This document shows positions 11,900 to 25,140 of a stretch of 64,000 nt of DNA, one piece after another (position 1 is the stretch's first letter; each line of letters opens with the position of its first letter). The position numbers and the translations under genes are program-made. The notes below the pieces were generated by a model. The model worked only from the letters and a program-made list of their open reading frames with translations, did no database searches and was not told where the DNA came from. The DNA lies in contig OX638150.1 of NCBI GenBank assembly GCA_951804945.1, positions 90,768,001-90,832,000 of the forward strand. The letters run 5' to 3'. This DNA is from Podarcis cretensis (Eukaryota).

Positions 11900-14045
11900 G
11901 GCTTGTTATGTACGCAAGAAGCAAGAAGTAATTTTGGGATGGGAGGCAAAGGTTGCAGTTACTCTTTAGGATATCTGGTCCCCCCCCCCCCGCTTTTAAA
12001 GTTGGAGTTGATTCACATCACTATTTGGGAAGGGTCATCTTTCAGTTTCTCATGGTGGGAATTTGGTTACTGTAAGCGAATGGCAAGGAACTTCTGGCCT
12101 ACAGGCCAAATTAGACCAGACTGACCAATTTGGTCCATAAGGCTGTTTTTGGTTGGCCAGACCCACCTGTCAGTCACCCAGTATCATATGATATCAGCCA
12201 TGGGACTGGTAAAGCCTCTTAATTGCAGCCGGTCTTGCATTAAGTGCTGTTTAAACTTGGTGCTGAATGCAAGTCCCTGTTGCTTACAGCAGGGATCAGA
12301 TCCGCTTGGGAGAATAAGTGTATCAGCATGCATTGCCATTTTGGTGTCCCATACTGTGTAGGGAAGAAAAAGAGTGTTGAGTGTTGAATTAAGCTCATAA
12401 TGACCCTCACACTGTTCATCTGTAAATATTTAAAGGTTCAAGAGACCTAAAGGGATCAGAGCAGATGTGCAACTAAATGCCCCACATTCTCCCCCCCCCC
12501 CCCCCTTTCTGGTAGCTCTTTAAAGCTAAATTTATAGGCAAATCCCACACTGACTTGAAAACTTGACATTTGGTTTGTGGCTTTGAAAATAGCTCAAGAC
12601 GGAAGCTCATGTGGCTGAAAGGGCCTTTCTTGATGTGGGGAGTTTAGTCTACTCCTAGCCTGGCTGTAAGGCAAACACTTTTAATTAGATATTGCTATGC
12701 CTCTGATGAGGAACTATGTGGTTAGGCTGTTCTATCACTATTTTAAACTGTGGTAGAAATTGACAGCCACACCCACCAGAAGCACAAATATGGGGTGGGA
12801 AAGTGCGGGTGCAAGATAAAGCAGATTTTTTGAACTTTTATTCTTTTAATTGATTTATTAAACTTCCAACATGTATGAACTTTGACCAGCAATCTTCTTA
12901 ATCCAATCTTTGTTTCACAAGAGGAAAAAAAGTGAAGGGGGTAGCATGGGAGCCCCAACTTCTGAACACCAATCTGTGTTATATGTGAACCAACCCTATT
13001 TTCTTTGTGCTTCTTACTTCTTGTCTCTTGCTTGCCTTTCTCATTTTGTAAACTTTATTATTATTATTATTAAATTTATACAAAACAGAGAGAACAGTTA
13101 TAACAACAGATGAAAATTAAAAGATGAAAAACAAAACTATTTTAGTCATGTAGAATGAGCACATGAATTAAAATGTTGCTTGCTTTGTACGAGAAGTGTA
13201 CTTCACCAGATCTTTATTGCATTCCCCCATAGCATGTATTTCAGGAGGGCGCAATGTGCTCTGCATTATGACGTGAAATCTGTGACATGAGTGGGACAGT
13301 AGCCTTTCTGAGTTTTTCCACAGTAAAACGACCTAATAATCAAAAGTATTGAGGTGATTAGCTTGTCTCGCTCAGAAGGAGACCATAACAGTAAGAAAAG
13401 TGGCCCACATTCAGAAAATGCTAATAAACCTAAAAATATAGCCAGTTTAGATGGCATGCCTTCACTCAAACTACACTTGATAGCACAGCCATGTTATGAA
13501 CATTGTAGTTTGCCAAAGCTTGCACTTTATAAAGGATTTATTTTCCTCTCGACAAGGCACAAACAAAGGGTGAGTTATTCATTTCTCTCTCTGTGGATCT
13601 GCATAGTTATGAACAAGTGTGTGTGTGTGCTTTATAGTTTGAAATGATCCCTGAACAAGTTTCAAAATGCTTGTTAGTTTTAACTGAAAAGCAGCCTAAG
13701 TGCCCCTCAGTAATAATGATTGAGTTATTCTTACTGGAACAGCCTATAGGTAATGTTCTTAATACCTGGAAAGAAAGCAGCAGCCTTAAATTTCCCTGGC
13801 CCCTTTAAGATATATTCCAACAGTAAATATATCCAGAGGGTGCATTGTATGGTCTACAGAAGAAAAAAAAAGAAGTTTCAATTACTCTTCATTCCCTCCT
13901 TCTGTGTAACATATGAAAAGTGTAAAGTGAGGAAAACCAGCAGCTAGAAGAAAAGTACTGTGAGGAAGCCCCAGGGAACAGTAGAAAATCCAGGTTAAAA
14001 ATATTTGCTGAAGATGTTATAAGTACCTGCTATTGTTTTTTAATA

Positions 14046-14750
14046 CCGTATTTTTCGCCCTATAGGACACACTTTTCCCCTCCAAAAATGAAGGGGAAAT
14101 GCGTCCTATGGGGTGAATGCAGGCTTTCGCTGAAGCCTGAAGAGCGAGAGGGGTCGGTGCGCACCGACCCCTCTCGCTCTCCAGGCTTCAGGAGAGCCGC
14201 AGCGCCAGTCCCACAAGGTCGGGGGACAGCGGGGAGGCGGAACGCCGCCATCCCGCTGTCTCCCGATGTGGTTTGGAGGCTGACGGCGGGGAGGCGCGTG
14301 CTTCTCCCCGCTGCCTGCCCCGCAAGCTCCGGGGACAGCTGGGAGGCGCAGCGCATCCTCCCTCTGTCCCCGGACCTGATATGCAGGCGGGCGGCGGGGA
14401 GAAGAGCGCTTCTCCCCACTGCCTGCCCCGCAAGCTCCGGGGACAGCGGGGAGGCGCAGCGCGTCCTCCAGCTGTCCCCGGACCTGATCTGCAGGCGGGC
14501 GGTGGGGAGAAGAGCGCTTCTCCCCGCTGCCTGCCCCGCAAGCTCCGGGGACAGCTGGGAGGTGCAGCGCGTCTTCCCGATGTCCCCGGACCTGGTCTGC
14601 AGGCGGGCTGCGGGGAGAAGAGCACTTCTCCCCGCTGCCGGCCCCACAAGCGCCTGGGGGGGGGAAATAATTATTTTCCCCTTTATTTCCCCCCCAAAAA
14701 AACTTGGTGCGTCCTATGGGCCAGTGCGTCCTATGGGGCGAAAAATACAG
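14046..14750. mobile_element. Non-autonomous Tc1/mariner (pogo/Tigger-like) element with an internal 108-bp tandem array
   Basis: TIRs CCGTATTTTTCGCCCTATAGGAC / GTCCTATGGGGCGAAAAATACAG; TA on both flanks; CpG-rich. Confidence 0.9.
14222..14640. repeat. About 4 x 108-bp GC-rich tandem repeat
   Basis: GGGGACAG anchors at 14222, 14331, 14439 and 14547. Confidence 0.92.
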
Positions 14751-16121
14751 TATATAAAGTGTGCTTCCCAAGTCCAGTTAACTAACTGTAGCTAAACTTT
14801 TGAACAAGATTGGCACTTTATGGGCAATAATATCTATCATTAGGCATACTAAGAGACAGGGTTTTAGGACATATATTGAGCAATGCAGAGGTCAGGAAAT
14901 AACTCCTATCTTGGTTAAACACACTTAGAGAAAAAACTTACTTGCATCCAGTAATGCATAGCCATTCATCCCACTGTTGATATGGCAGCAAATGGCAAAA
15001 GCCAGAGCCAACATACTATACTGTGGGAGCGATGTCCACAGGAATAGCGCACCCAAATTTTAACTTCAAGGTTGTGACCTTGAAAAATGCTAAAATCCAC
15101 TGAGTACTTAAAAAACACACCGAGATCAAGTTATTTGCTTTGTGCAAGTGGTGGTATAAACTTGAGGCCTGGGTGCAAAGAGGGTAGCCATGTATGCTTC
15201 CTCTCTGTTTAATTCACAGTGCAACCTGGGCTTCTTTTATGTCACTCTCAGAGAAATGAAAACCCTTGAGGTCTTCGTTTTTACAGTGTTGTAACAGGTG
15301 AAGCAGCCGTTTCAAATGGAGTGGTTTGGATGTGAAGCTTCTACACAATTCAGAAATGGACAATCTAATTGTTAGTAATTCTTTTTCACACTTGCTGCAA
15401 GTGGTTGTTAGTATATGCCACAACATGAACCATCAGGTTAGCAACCTATATGGAAACCCAGCCATTTATAATTTGGCACTTTCTGGGGTCATCCAACCAT
15501 TGTGTGCTTAGCTGTCTCTGTGTGTGTTTAGCTGTCTTTTATCCAAGAGAGCAAAGATAGTTCAATAGCTTCATGGTACATCAGAATCAGATGATGGACT
15601 GTAGAATCCACACTGAGGGGGTAGCACAACTTTTTATAGGGCCCACTTCACTAACCTGCAGGGGTCCACCGGAAAGTTAATTCTTGAAAAACTGAGTGTA
15701 ATATCAGCTCTTATAAATTCTTATTTATAATAATATTAGCTTCCACTTTTTTTTTTTTACTTTTCTTAAATGGGTATTTTTAAAAATACCTTTTCCTACA
15801 TCTTTTCTCCCCTCTTTGCGGCACTGAAGTGTGAAGTGCTAGGCATGGTGCTAATAGCCACAGACCAAAGGAGCTGTAAAAAATAACGTTAGTCGGGCTA
15901 CTGCCCTACTTGTCAATAGCAGCTGGGTTATTTGAACTACACTGCACATGCTGGTTTCAACATGTTTCCAGCAAGGAAAATAAGGAGCAGCATTTCAGAA
16001 TTCTTCTGTGCAATGCAGGTGAAATGCAAGGGAGTGTGACATTTCCCCGAAAGTCTTGGGAGAAGATTCAGACTGGTTCAAGCTCATCCTAACCCCCAGT
16101 GTGAACTGAGAATATACTATG

Positions 16122-16530
16122 TGTAATGGGTTAAGGGGCTGCTTGTGCGTAAATGGTTGAGTTCTCAACTCATGCAATCAGTTTCTAAACTCTCCCAGTC
16201 CGCGGAGCCATGGATGCATGGCTACCTCAATCGCTGGCAGAATCCGTCAGTGGGCGCTTCCGGAATTTACGCCAACATAAGAGTTCCTTAACGGAAACTC
16301 TCCTTCTGGATTCTCTGCGTGACAGTTTCCTGCGCGGAGTAGGCGTCCCCAGCGGAGGTCCTGAAACCTCTCCGCTGTTCTCACTGGAAGTATCTTGGAG
16401 CCCTCCCTCCGACTGAGTTTCTGCGGGAACTCTCTCTCTCCCCCTGCTGGTTCCTTCCTCAGCATCCGAGGGTCTCCTAGCCTCCTTGAGCCCTTCCACC
16501 ACCTGACTCTCCGATGGCAGTTCCCTGACA
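16122..16530 (-). mobile_element. Solo LTR-like element (409 bp, probably Gypsy-type)
   Basis: TG...CA termini; perfect 5-bp TSD CTATG (16117-16121 and 16531-16535). Confidence 0.8.
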
Positions 16531-18149
16531 CTATGGTTCAGTGGAGGTCATCAGAGTTTCTGATATTGACTACAGTGAGAACATTTAAACACAATCATTA
16601 TCCTGGAGATAAGCTGCTGTGCTGCAAGCTCAGAGTCCCGGTTTTAGTTATTCTTCTACAAGTGTTCCCAGGCTACCTGAGAGATTTATTTAGGCCCCTG
16701 TGCATATTGCTTGTTTTCTAATTTCATTTTGTTTCTGTATAGAGGGTTAGGAAGGAATACTAAAAGCTTTGCCAGATTAAATCTCTTTACACCCCTCAAT
16801 GGCTGCTTCACATTTTCAGTAAAGTGAGTTTGGGGCTTTGAAAGAGGTTGTTTCCTTCTCATAGTGGGGTGCAAACTGGCAGCTGTATTAGGAAGCATGC
16901 CTTGGCCTCACTCACCCCACAGCCGCGAAATGGAACTACAGAAAGTCGGGGGGGGGGATTCCAGTAGGAGTCCTTTTGCCCAGATTAGCTAAAAGAAGCA
17001 CAAGAGACACACCTCCTCCTGCCTTAGTACAACTTATTTTGTCACCTCCTGGAGTCAGAAAGAATTATACTCCTGCTGGTCACACATAGGAATTGGGTGG
17101 GGGAGAGATTTGGTTCAGTTTGCATTTAAGTGCAAACTTACTGAATTCTCCCTTCGGTGCAAACTTTTTATTTTTATGAGAAGGTTTTAAAAGAGTCGTT
17201 GCACTGATCTCACCGAGTGTTGTTACAACTCTCCTGCTCTCCCTCCCCAGCTCCCTTTCTGTGAGGCAGGCTGCTGTCATGCTGAGGCTGTCCATTTGCA
17301 GTCGAGGGCCTCCCATGTCTGACCTTCAACACTGAGCAGCTTTTTCTCCAACAGGGCCCTGGTACACAGACTATTTGCAGTTGAAACAGGACGTGAGCCT
17401 TGAGCAGCAGGCTTGGGGAAGAGCTGGCAACAGGATGTGACAGTAAAGTGTGGCATTCTGAGTTGCAGGAGTTCACAGTATGCCAGATACAGAGACGCAG
17501 ATATAATCACCCAGTATTAATAGAAGCTGTGTGAATGCAAGAGACAGTCTGGACCCTTTCTGTTCATTTTCCTAATTAAGCTACTGTCCCTAAATTGCTA
17601 TGTGCAATGTGTGTGTTAATTGAGAATCAGGCATAGGAGCGCTGATAAGCATCCACATCCAGTATCTTCATCTGACTCCACCTTCCCCCTGTGGCTGCAA
17701 TTAACACTGTATATGAAATGTAGGAGAGCCTGACCCTAGATCTCCCATGTCATGTCTGGAAAAGCTGGAGGAGAGGACAGAGGGTGAAGAAAGAGCTTTG
17801 ACTGGAAGGGAGCCCCTGGGAAACTCAGCTGTGGACAGCCTGAGGAAGTAGCATCCACCTTGATTTGTGCCCATCAACAGCAAGTCTAGAGTGAGAGACT
17901 AGAGTGATGGCCGCTGTTTCCAGGACCTCTTCTCTTTGTGAGACTTTTGTGGCCCACTATAGCAGGGAAGATATATGCAATGCCTCACATTCTTTCCTTC
18001 TGATTGGTTCTCAACGGTGATCATATGACTAGGTATCATCTTGGCTGTGAGTCCTGGAAGACCTGCTCCCTGTCTTGCAGGCCTTTTCCCACCTGACTTG
18101 GGGAGGTGGGTCGCTGACTGACTCCAGCTATAAAAATTGAGGCTGCTGA

Positions 18150-18372
18150 ACAGGCTGTCAGGTTGGAGTATTGTTCAGGGTTTTATGTCTTCATTTTAGC
18201 TTTTTTATGATTTATGTGGAAATGGTTGTTTGATTATGTACTTTTTGGTGTGTTTTATTTATGACTACTTTTGTTGTGTTTGTTATTATGTAAATCATAT
18301 TGTAAGTCACCTTGAGCATGGTCTTAACTACAGAAAGCTGACATACAAATAAAATGATGGTGGTGGTGGTGA
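18150..18372 (+). mobile_element. L2-type 3' tail
   Basis: T-rich UTR followed by tgtaagtcaccttgag...aataaaa and a (TGG/TGA)n tail. Confidence 0.55.
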
Positions 18373-20869
18373 TGTCTAGTTTGGCTGTCACAGTGAGAGC
18401 TCATTTTCCATACTAGAGTGATAACTGATCTGGTCCATAGCCACTTCCTATGCTTTTAAACAATCATAGATCATTCTTATAGATTCTGCTAAGTTGCCTG
18501 ACATGAAGAACCACACTAGGGTGCTAGTTCCCTGTACCCTTGTTTCCTGTACCTGAACTGGATTATGCTAAACTCACACTCAGGAGACCCACCATGAAAT
18601 GATGGAGCCTGTTAAATGCTTATGACCAAGGCGGTAATGTGGATTTTCTAAGACTTCAGTCTTTCTGATACTTGGACTGAAGTAGTCCTGATGTTTCCTA
18701 TGCCAATTTTGAACTCCAGAGTAACTCTTTTTACCCAGGGAACTGTGGGCACTTGTATATCAATGAGCTCTAGGAGACCCATTAGTTGTTTTGTGTTATT
18801 ATAGGGAGGCTTGAACAGAGCTGGTCACCTGTTAGATTGGAGCAGGAAGGGACTCCTCCAACCAAAGAATTGAGGGGTGCTGTCCAGAACTTCTTGATGA
18901 AACCTTGGACAATATGCTGGCATCTGTTAGGAGTCTTAAGGACTGAGAAAGGCGGAAGGAGAGCTTGCCTACACAACCTGTTCATTTGCTTCTGAAGTGT
19001 GGCACTGTGAGAGCTTCAAAGGAGTAACAAAGCTTCTCCTGGAACTATTGTGCCACCTTCCTGAGTTGCTTTTGTTATTGCTGCTGCAGATTCAGACACA
19101 GATCATAGTTTGAGCCTTTTAGCCTCAGGTACTAGATTTCAGACATAGCAGTCAACAAATTTCCAGTCAGATCGCTGCTCAGCTTTGCTAAAACAATGGT
19201 AATTTGAATATCTTTTGTAGAAACATTTGGATATAATTTTTGACCAATACTTTTTGATATACTCTACGAGCATATGTAAACCTTTTGTTTGTTTGGAAGA
19301 TGCACTTAGTGCTGTACTCTGGTTGCATCTTATTTCCTGAGGCGCTCGGAGAGTAAATTCCACTAGTATGCCAGACTCTGCATAGCTATATAAGAAAATA
19401 CGAAGTCCTATAAAATTCCTAAAGGACTTGGACCTTTCAAATGTTCCCTTCGCCTTCCTTGTTAATTGTTGCAACCCATAACTTTGCTCCAGTGCATTAA
19501 ATTAGTATAGAAAGGCTGTGTTAGGACTGTGGGGCTCTGTCATATGCCATAGAACTCCTTTCCCCTGAAGGTTTGCCACTGTTCTGGCCTGAGCATATTT
19601 TGGGAGCAGTGGAACACAATGTTGCTCTTTGGGAGCAGGCAGTGGCTGAATTAAAAATCTCAAATTTAGTAGAATTGCATGAGTTTATATCTAAAATTAC
19701 TACCTCTGTGCTTTGGTTCATTTTCAAAAAGGAGCCCAATGTTTGGTAACCTGGAGTGGATCGTAGGATTATAACATTGTAAAGTTGGAAGGGTTGCCAA
19801 GGGTCATCTAGTCGAACCCCCTCCAAGGCAGTGGTGATAATCTGGCTTCATGGAGGCTAATTCATAGTTAGGCCAAAGGACACCAACTAGATTTTTGCTT
19901 GTGTCATAAATTAGTTGTTGAAAGCTTGACTTCTGCTGTCTTTTGAAATCTTCTAGAAGTTCACACCACATCCCTGAGAGTGGGAATTGTATGTGTCTGT
20001 GTGAGCGCGCACATGCATGAGCTGCTTCTTTTTGCACACAGTTAGAGAAATCCGTCTCTTTGGTATGATTTAAATTTGAATTGAGGGGTGTCTCTTCACA
20101 TAAGTAGAGATGAGATGTCGTCTCTGGCTAGAGTTGCTTATGGCAGTAACTGAGCTTTGATATTCACTTTGAGTTAGGAATGCAGAAAATATCCTGCTGT
20201 AAAATCCTTTTGTGAACATGCATTGAAAATAACAAGAGATCAGAGGACAGTCAAGAGCTCAGGAAATGTACTCTTGGCAGCTTTCTGCCATATATTTGGA
20301 AAACAAAAGTGTTGCTTTTCTCTTGTTTCCATCAACCATCTCATTTTTATTATGCAATGTAAGGTCATTGAATTATATTGCTCTGTCTTTCATGATTCAA
20401 GCATTAATGCTAAAACTGGTCAATATTGTACTGAGTAGAAGGATTATTGCAACAAGATGACTTGTCTACTGCCTTCAGCTGAATGGTAAATGGTAGGCAA
20501 GCTTGGAGCAAATTCATACATCCCCATACTCAGGGAATGTATGGCATCAAGTGCACCTCTGTACAGGGAACAGATTCTTTTCCTGCAGGCAATGCAGGCA
20601 GCCATAACAGCTGGAAGTTTCTTCCAGCTCTCGCCTTCTCCAATGGAGTTAAAAAAGCAGTTATCTCCAGCTGCAACTTTGCTACCATTTCTTCCTCGAT
20701 ATTTTTCCTGCTCTTCTGGCCACCGCTGCTGCTCTTATAGGCAAACTGACCTTCCTCTTCATTCTGAGTCCTAGACCCACATTGTCCTATGGAAGAGGAC
20801 TATGGTAGAGTGCCCACTTTCAATTTAGGGCACAGAGCTCTCCCAACATTAACTAGATTAGGTGTTCTG

Positions 20870-21045
20870 TGACTGGTGGTGTTGCTTTGCAATGCCAGGT
20901 CAGTTCACTGTAAGTCCTTGCTTATCCACGATTTCATCTTGAATAAGAGAGCAGACTTGGTGTGCATTACTGAGTCTTGGGTAGGTGAGCTGAGTGCAGT
21001 GAGTCAGACCCAGTTCTACTGGCATGGGTATAAAGTACAGCACTA
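20870..21045 (+). mobile_element. L2/CR1-group LINE endonuclease N-terminal fragment
   Basis: LLCNARSV...LIHDFIL...ADLVCITESW carries the APE endonuclease NARS and ITE(T/S)W motifs. Confidence 0.75.
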
Positions 21046-22177
21046 TTTAATGGATAGATTGGTAAATAGTTTAAAAGTTGCACACCCTCTCCATTTCACC
21101 ATGAGTGTCCATCAGTCATTCTACCCACACAGCACTCCCGTAAATACATAGCAAACAGAAAGGAGGTGGCACCCTGGCTTTTGTCAGAAAATGGTAGTTT
21201 GGGAACATACTCTGTCCAAACCTGGAGGTAACATTTAGCCATAATGGCCTGTAGCCATTGATAGACTTGCCACTCTATGATGAATAATGAAGTACCTCTA
21301 GATTTCCATATCCATCTTATGGAAGGATTTACTTTACCTGCTTGAGTGTAAGCCAAGATGTAGCAGGTAACCAAATTACTTAATGTTTGCACTTTTATGT
21401 TAAAGTTAGGCACTGCCAGTGTTTATGCATTTGGGATGGGAGGGAGAAATTAGGTTTCTGTGTTAGACATTAAAATTCAGATATCCCTCCAAGGTGAATA
21501 ATGCAGGAATATTTTATTAAGCATGAGAAGCTGCTCAGCCACAAGAGATGTGGCAACAGGGGCATCTTCCGTACTATAGTAAGCTTTTATGATAATAGGG
21601 ATTTGTTTTGAATCCTGGATTGTTTTTGAAGTCCATTTACTGATTAAGGATACAGTTCTATGCAAACTTTCATGGGAATTCCACAAAATTCTGCATAATG
21701 TGTATATGATCAACTGATGTCATTTCTTTGATTTAAAATGTGGCTAATCAAATATATCAATGCATGTGAGAAGGGAAAACCTAGATCAAGCAATGAGTGA
21801 TAAAGGGTAAAGTTTTGGGAGGTCGCTTCTACACGAAACCTCTGTTGTGATATTCGTAGGATTGACACTTAAGTAACTCTCTCTCATTTTTATTATTTAC
21901 CCATATAAGTCTTGATTCCATACTTTTACCATTCCCCACAGCTTACCTGCCCTTTTGCCATGTCTTGTATTACTTAGAGTGTAAGAGGGCTTGTGTCTTT
22001 CTCTTTGTTTTCTGGACAACACCGCATTTTATATAGGTGCTCTAGAAATAATATAAAGAAGAAGAAATAGATATTGTATTTGGGTTTTCTTCAGGTAAAA
22101 GGCCATTATGCCAGAATATAGGAGAAATTACTAGCTTCTGCGGTTGAAGCAAATGACTGTTTCTCCCTTTTCCTTAG

Positions 22178-22399
22178 TGCTGTGACTTGGGATTCCATGC
22201 CAGCCTGGCACGGACGTTCAGAACATATCTTTCTGCTGAATACAATCTAGAAACCTCACGTCATGAGGGCCTGGACATCATTGAGAATGCTGTAGACAAC
22301 CTGGATGCACGGAGTGACAAGCATACAGTCATGGATATGTGCAACCAAGTCTTCTGTCCTCCACTAAAGTTTGAATACCAGCCTCATATGGGGGATGAG
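22178..22399 (+). CDS. SRGAP3: SRGAP3 exon 7 (222 nt): CCDLGFHASLARTF...EYQPHMGDE
   Basis: ccttag|TGC...GAG|gtaatg; overlaps ORF 22187..22420. Confidence 0.97.
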
Positions 22400-22760
22400 G
22401 TAATGCTATCACCATTGTAGAAAACGCTTTCAGTGCAACATATTGCAGTATGTTTCCAGCTTCCCTTCAGATACAACACTTTGCTCACTCCGGTACTGAT
22501 AGTGGGAGTTGCCATAGGTACTACATACATAATGCATTAAGGAGTTATTAATATTTAGGCCTTTTAAGCAGCAATTAAGTCAGATCCTTGCTTTGAGAAA
22601 TTTATTTTATAATCCAACATTATAAACAAATAGATTTTGTAACAATAGAGCAGATTTGCTGCATTGCCATAAATAACAACTATGATCAGTATTCTGTGTC
22701 TGAGTGAGGTTATATTTCAAGCCCAATAGAATGATTATACTACTAGTTAAAAATTAAATA

Positions 22761-23001
22761 CAGTGGTACCTTGGGTTACGAACTTAACTTGTTCTGGAGG
22801 TCCGTTCTTAACCCAAAACTGTTCTTAACCTGAGGAGCGCTTTCCCTAATGGGGCCTCCCGCTGCCACCATGCTGCCAGCATGCGATGTCCGTTCTCATC
22901 CTGGGGCAAAGTTCGCAATCCGAGGTACTACTTCCGGGTTAGCGGAGTTTGTAACCCAAAGTGTTTGTAACCTGAAGCGTTTGTAACCCAAGGTACCACT
23001 G
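22761..23001 (+). mobile_element. Tc1/mariner MITE (CAGTGGTACC family)
   Basis: TIR CAGTGGTACCTTGGGTTAC, TA TSD. Confidence 0.9.
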
Positions 23002-23153
23002 TACTCCATCTTTTGTTTTTAATATCCATCAGTCCAAAGTTTTTGAACATTTTTATCATGAGGATGTGCATTCTTCGTTGTGTTATCTCTTTGATACCTG
23101 TCAATATTCTGATCCTTCTTGAATTTGCATAGTCTTATCTGTTGTCCCTTCAG

Positions 23154-23255
23154 GTATGTCAAGTGAGCGCCCAGCAGCCAGTTCAGACAGAGTTGCTCAT
23201 GCGATATCACCAGCTGCAGTCTAGACTTGCCACACTCAAAATAGAAAACGAAGAG
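23154..23255 (+). CDS. SRGAP3: SRGAP3 exon 8 (102 nt): VCQVSAQQPVQTELLMRYHQLQSRLATLKIENEE
   Basis: cttcag|GTA...GAG|gtgaga; phase 0/0. Confidence 0.96.
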
Positions 23256-24265
23256 GTGAGAGCTGTAATTGTCTTTAATCCTTAAGTAAATAAGCTTTAT
23301 TGATTCATTTATGCGAATAATTCTATGCAAGGTGACTTTTAAACTAACAGAGATGGCTAAAGAATTAAACTGTATTGGACAAGCATACTTTTTTTCAATC
23401 CAAGGGCTTGTGATCCCTTGGAGGACGCAGACCAGGTTTGTACTGGGCTCCACACACAAGTCCGATCGCGCATAAGTGGGGGGTGGGGTGCCTGAAATAG
23501 TAAAAGGGGGTAGCGGGTTTTGTTGCCTCAGGGTCTTGCCCCTGCATGAAGCACTCCAACAACATAAATATACGAAAATGTCTTTGAATATATTATAAAT
23601 ATTGTCTGATCATCCATGTGGTCATCCTGCATCCTGTTATATGAATGATATATTTAACCAGAAGAGGACAATAAAACCATGCCAGGTCTTTGACTCCAAA
23701 TAGGAAAGAGGCACAATGGCTTGCTTTGTAATACTTGTTTTGCTACATTGTTTGAAAGCACCAAATCTCTACTATAGATGGGGCACGTCACAAAGAGGCT
23801 CTTTATAGCTGCCACCTGAAGGTGGAAGGCACACAGTGGGCTGGGTGATGGTGGACACCACCAAATCAGTTCCTGCTAGTTTATACAGACTAGGATGATA
23901 AGCTTGGGATGCGGAGCTGTTATGCTATCATTATAGCACTGTAGCTATAAACTCCTGTAACAACTTCATAGAGCTGTGTCCTGTAGTGATTCCTGGTTGG
24001 GTGCTATTGTCATTGTCACTGGCATCTAGAAATCTCTTTAAAAATTCATTTCTAATGTGGTTTCAGGTACAGAACAAATTGCTCATCCATACACAAAAGC
24101 ATCTAATCCTGGGGCCCTATATTATCTTTTCCTCCCTAGGAAATATTTCAAGTTCAAAAAAATAAGACTAGCTTGGTGTATCGAAGATCATGTACTGACG
24201 GTGACCTAACTGTGTCACAGCAATTCACTTTGTCTCGTAATCGACTGTGCCTTTAATTTCTGCAG

Positions 24266-24463
24266 GTGCGAAAAACATTGGATGCTACTATGCAGACATT
24301 GCAAGACATGCTGACAGTGGAAGATTTTGATGTCTCAGATGCCTTCCAGCATAGTCGCTCCACTGAGTCGGTCAAATCAGCTGCTTCAGAGACTTACATG
24401 AGTAAAATAAACATTGCCAAGAGGAGAGCCAACCAACAAGAAACTGAAATGTTCTATTTTACT
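24266..24463 (+). CDS. SRGAP3: SRGAP3 exon 9 (198 nt): VRKTLDATMQ...QETEMFYFT
   Basis: ctgcag|GTG...ACT|gtgagg; ORF 24266..24490. Confidence 0.97.
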
Positions 24464-24727
24464 GTGAGGATAATCTTATGTCTATATTGAGCACAGTGTG
24501 GTAAAAAAGCAGTAGATAAGAAGGCTTATCCCCTGTCAGGAAAAAAGGCGGGTATAAACTATATACTGCTAATAAAAGGCAGTAGCTTCCCCTCCCCTTC
24601 CCATTTTAACTGTAGGGACGTCACACTTTTTGTGACAATAGAGTGTGCTGGCATTCCAATAGATACACCTCTCAATTTCCCACATACACATTCACATTAC
24701 TAGCTCTTAGAAAGGCAGTAGGGAGTC

Positions 24728-25140
24728 TAGGGATGAGGGAGACATCAATTCAGTTCTCATTCAAAGATGAACTTTCTGAAATAATATGTTGACCAAAATA
24801 TAGCCCTCCTCCAAAATTTCACTGCTCCAGATTTTGCATTGCATTTCTCCAGCCAAGTAATGTGTACAAAAATGCATAGACTTGGGTGAAGTTTATGTAA
24901 AAATCCATATTCTGACAAAAATAACATTAAAATGGATTTTAATAGGGGAAATTGTGTATATTGGGCAACATTACATACAAAAAAATCATATAATAGGGGG
25001 AAATGTATTAAAATGCTGATGGATTTTCATGAGGCCTTTTTAAAAAAACCACAAACTGGTGTAGAGATGTGGAGAACTAACTGATCTTAAGATTGGGGGC
25101 GGGGGATGAGAAACTGAGAGAAACAGAAATTGTCAGAATC
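24728..25140. repeat. Interspersed AT-rich DNA-transposon-like repeat, related to 57618-58064
   Basis: TAGGGATG left end and colinear similarity between the two copies. Confidence 0.55.

Noticed and set aside
14060-14795. Long repeat-containing ORFs on both strands; superficially CRISPR-like palindromic array
   Set aside because: They lie inside a TIR/TA-bounded MITE. GC richness and a 108-bp period explain the ORFs. Units have no unique spacers and the DNA is eukaryotic.
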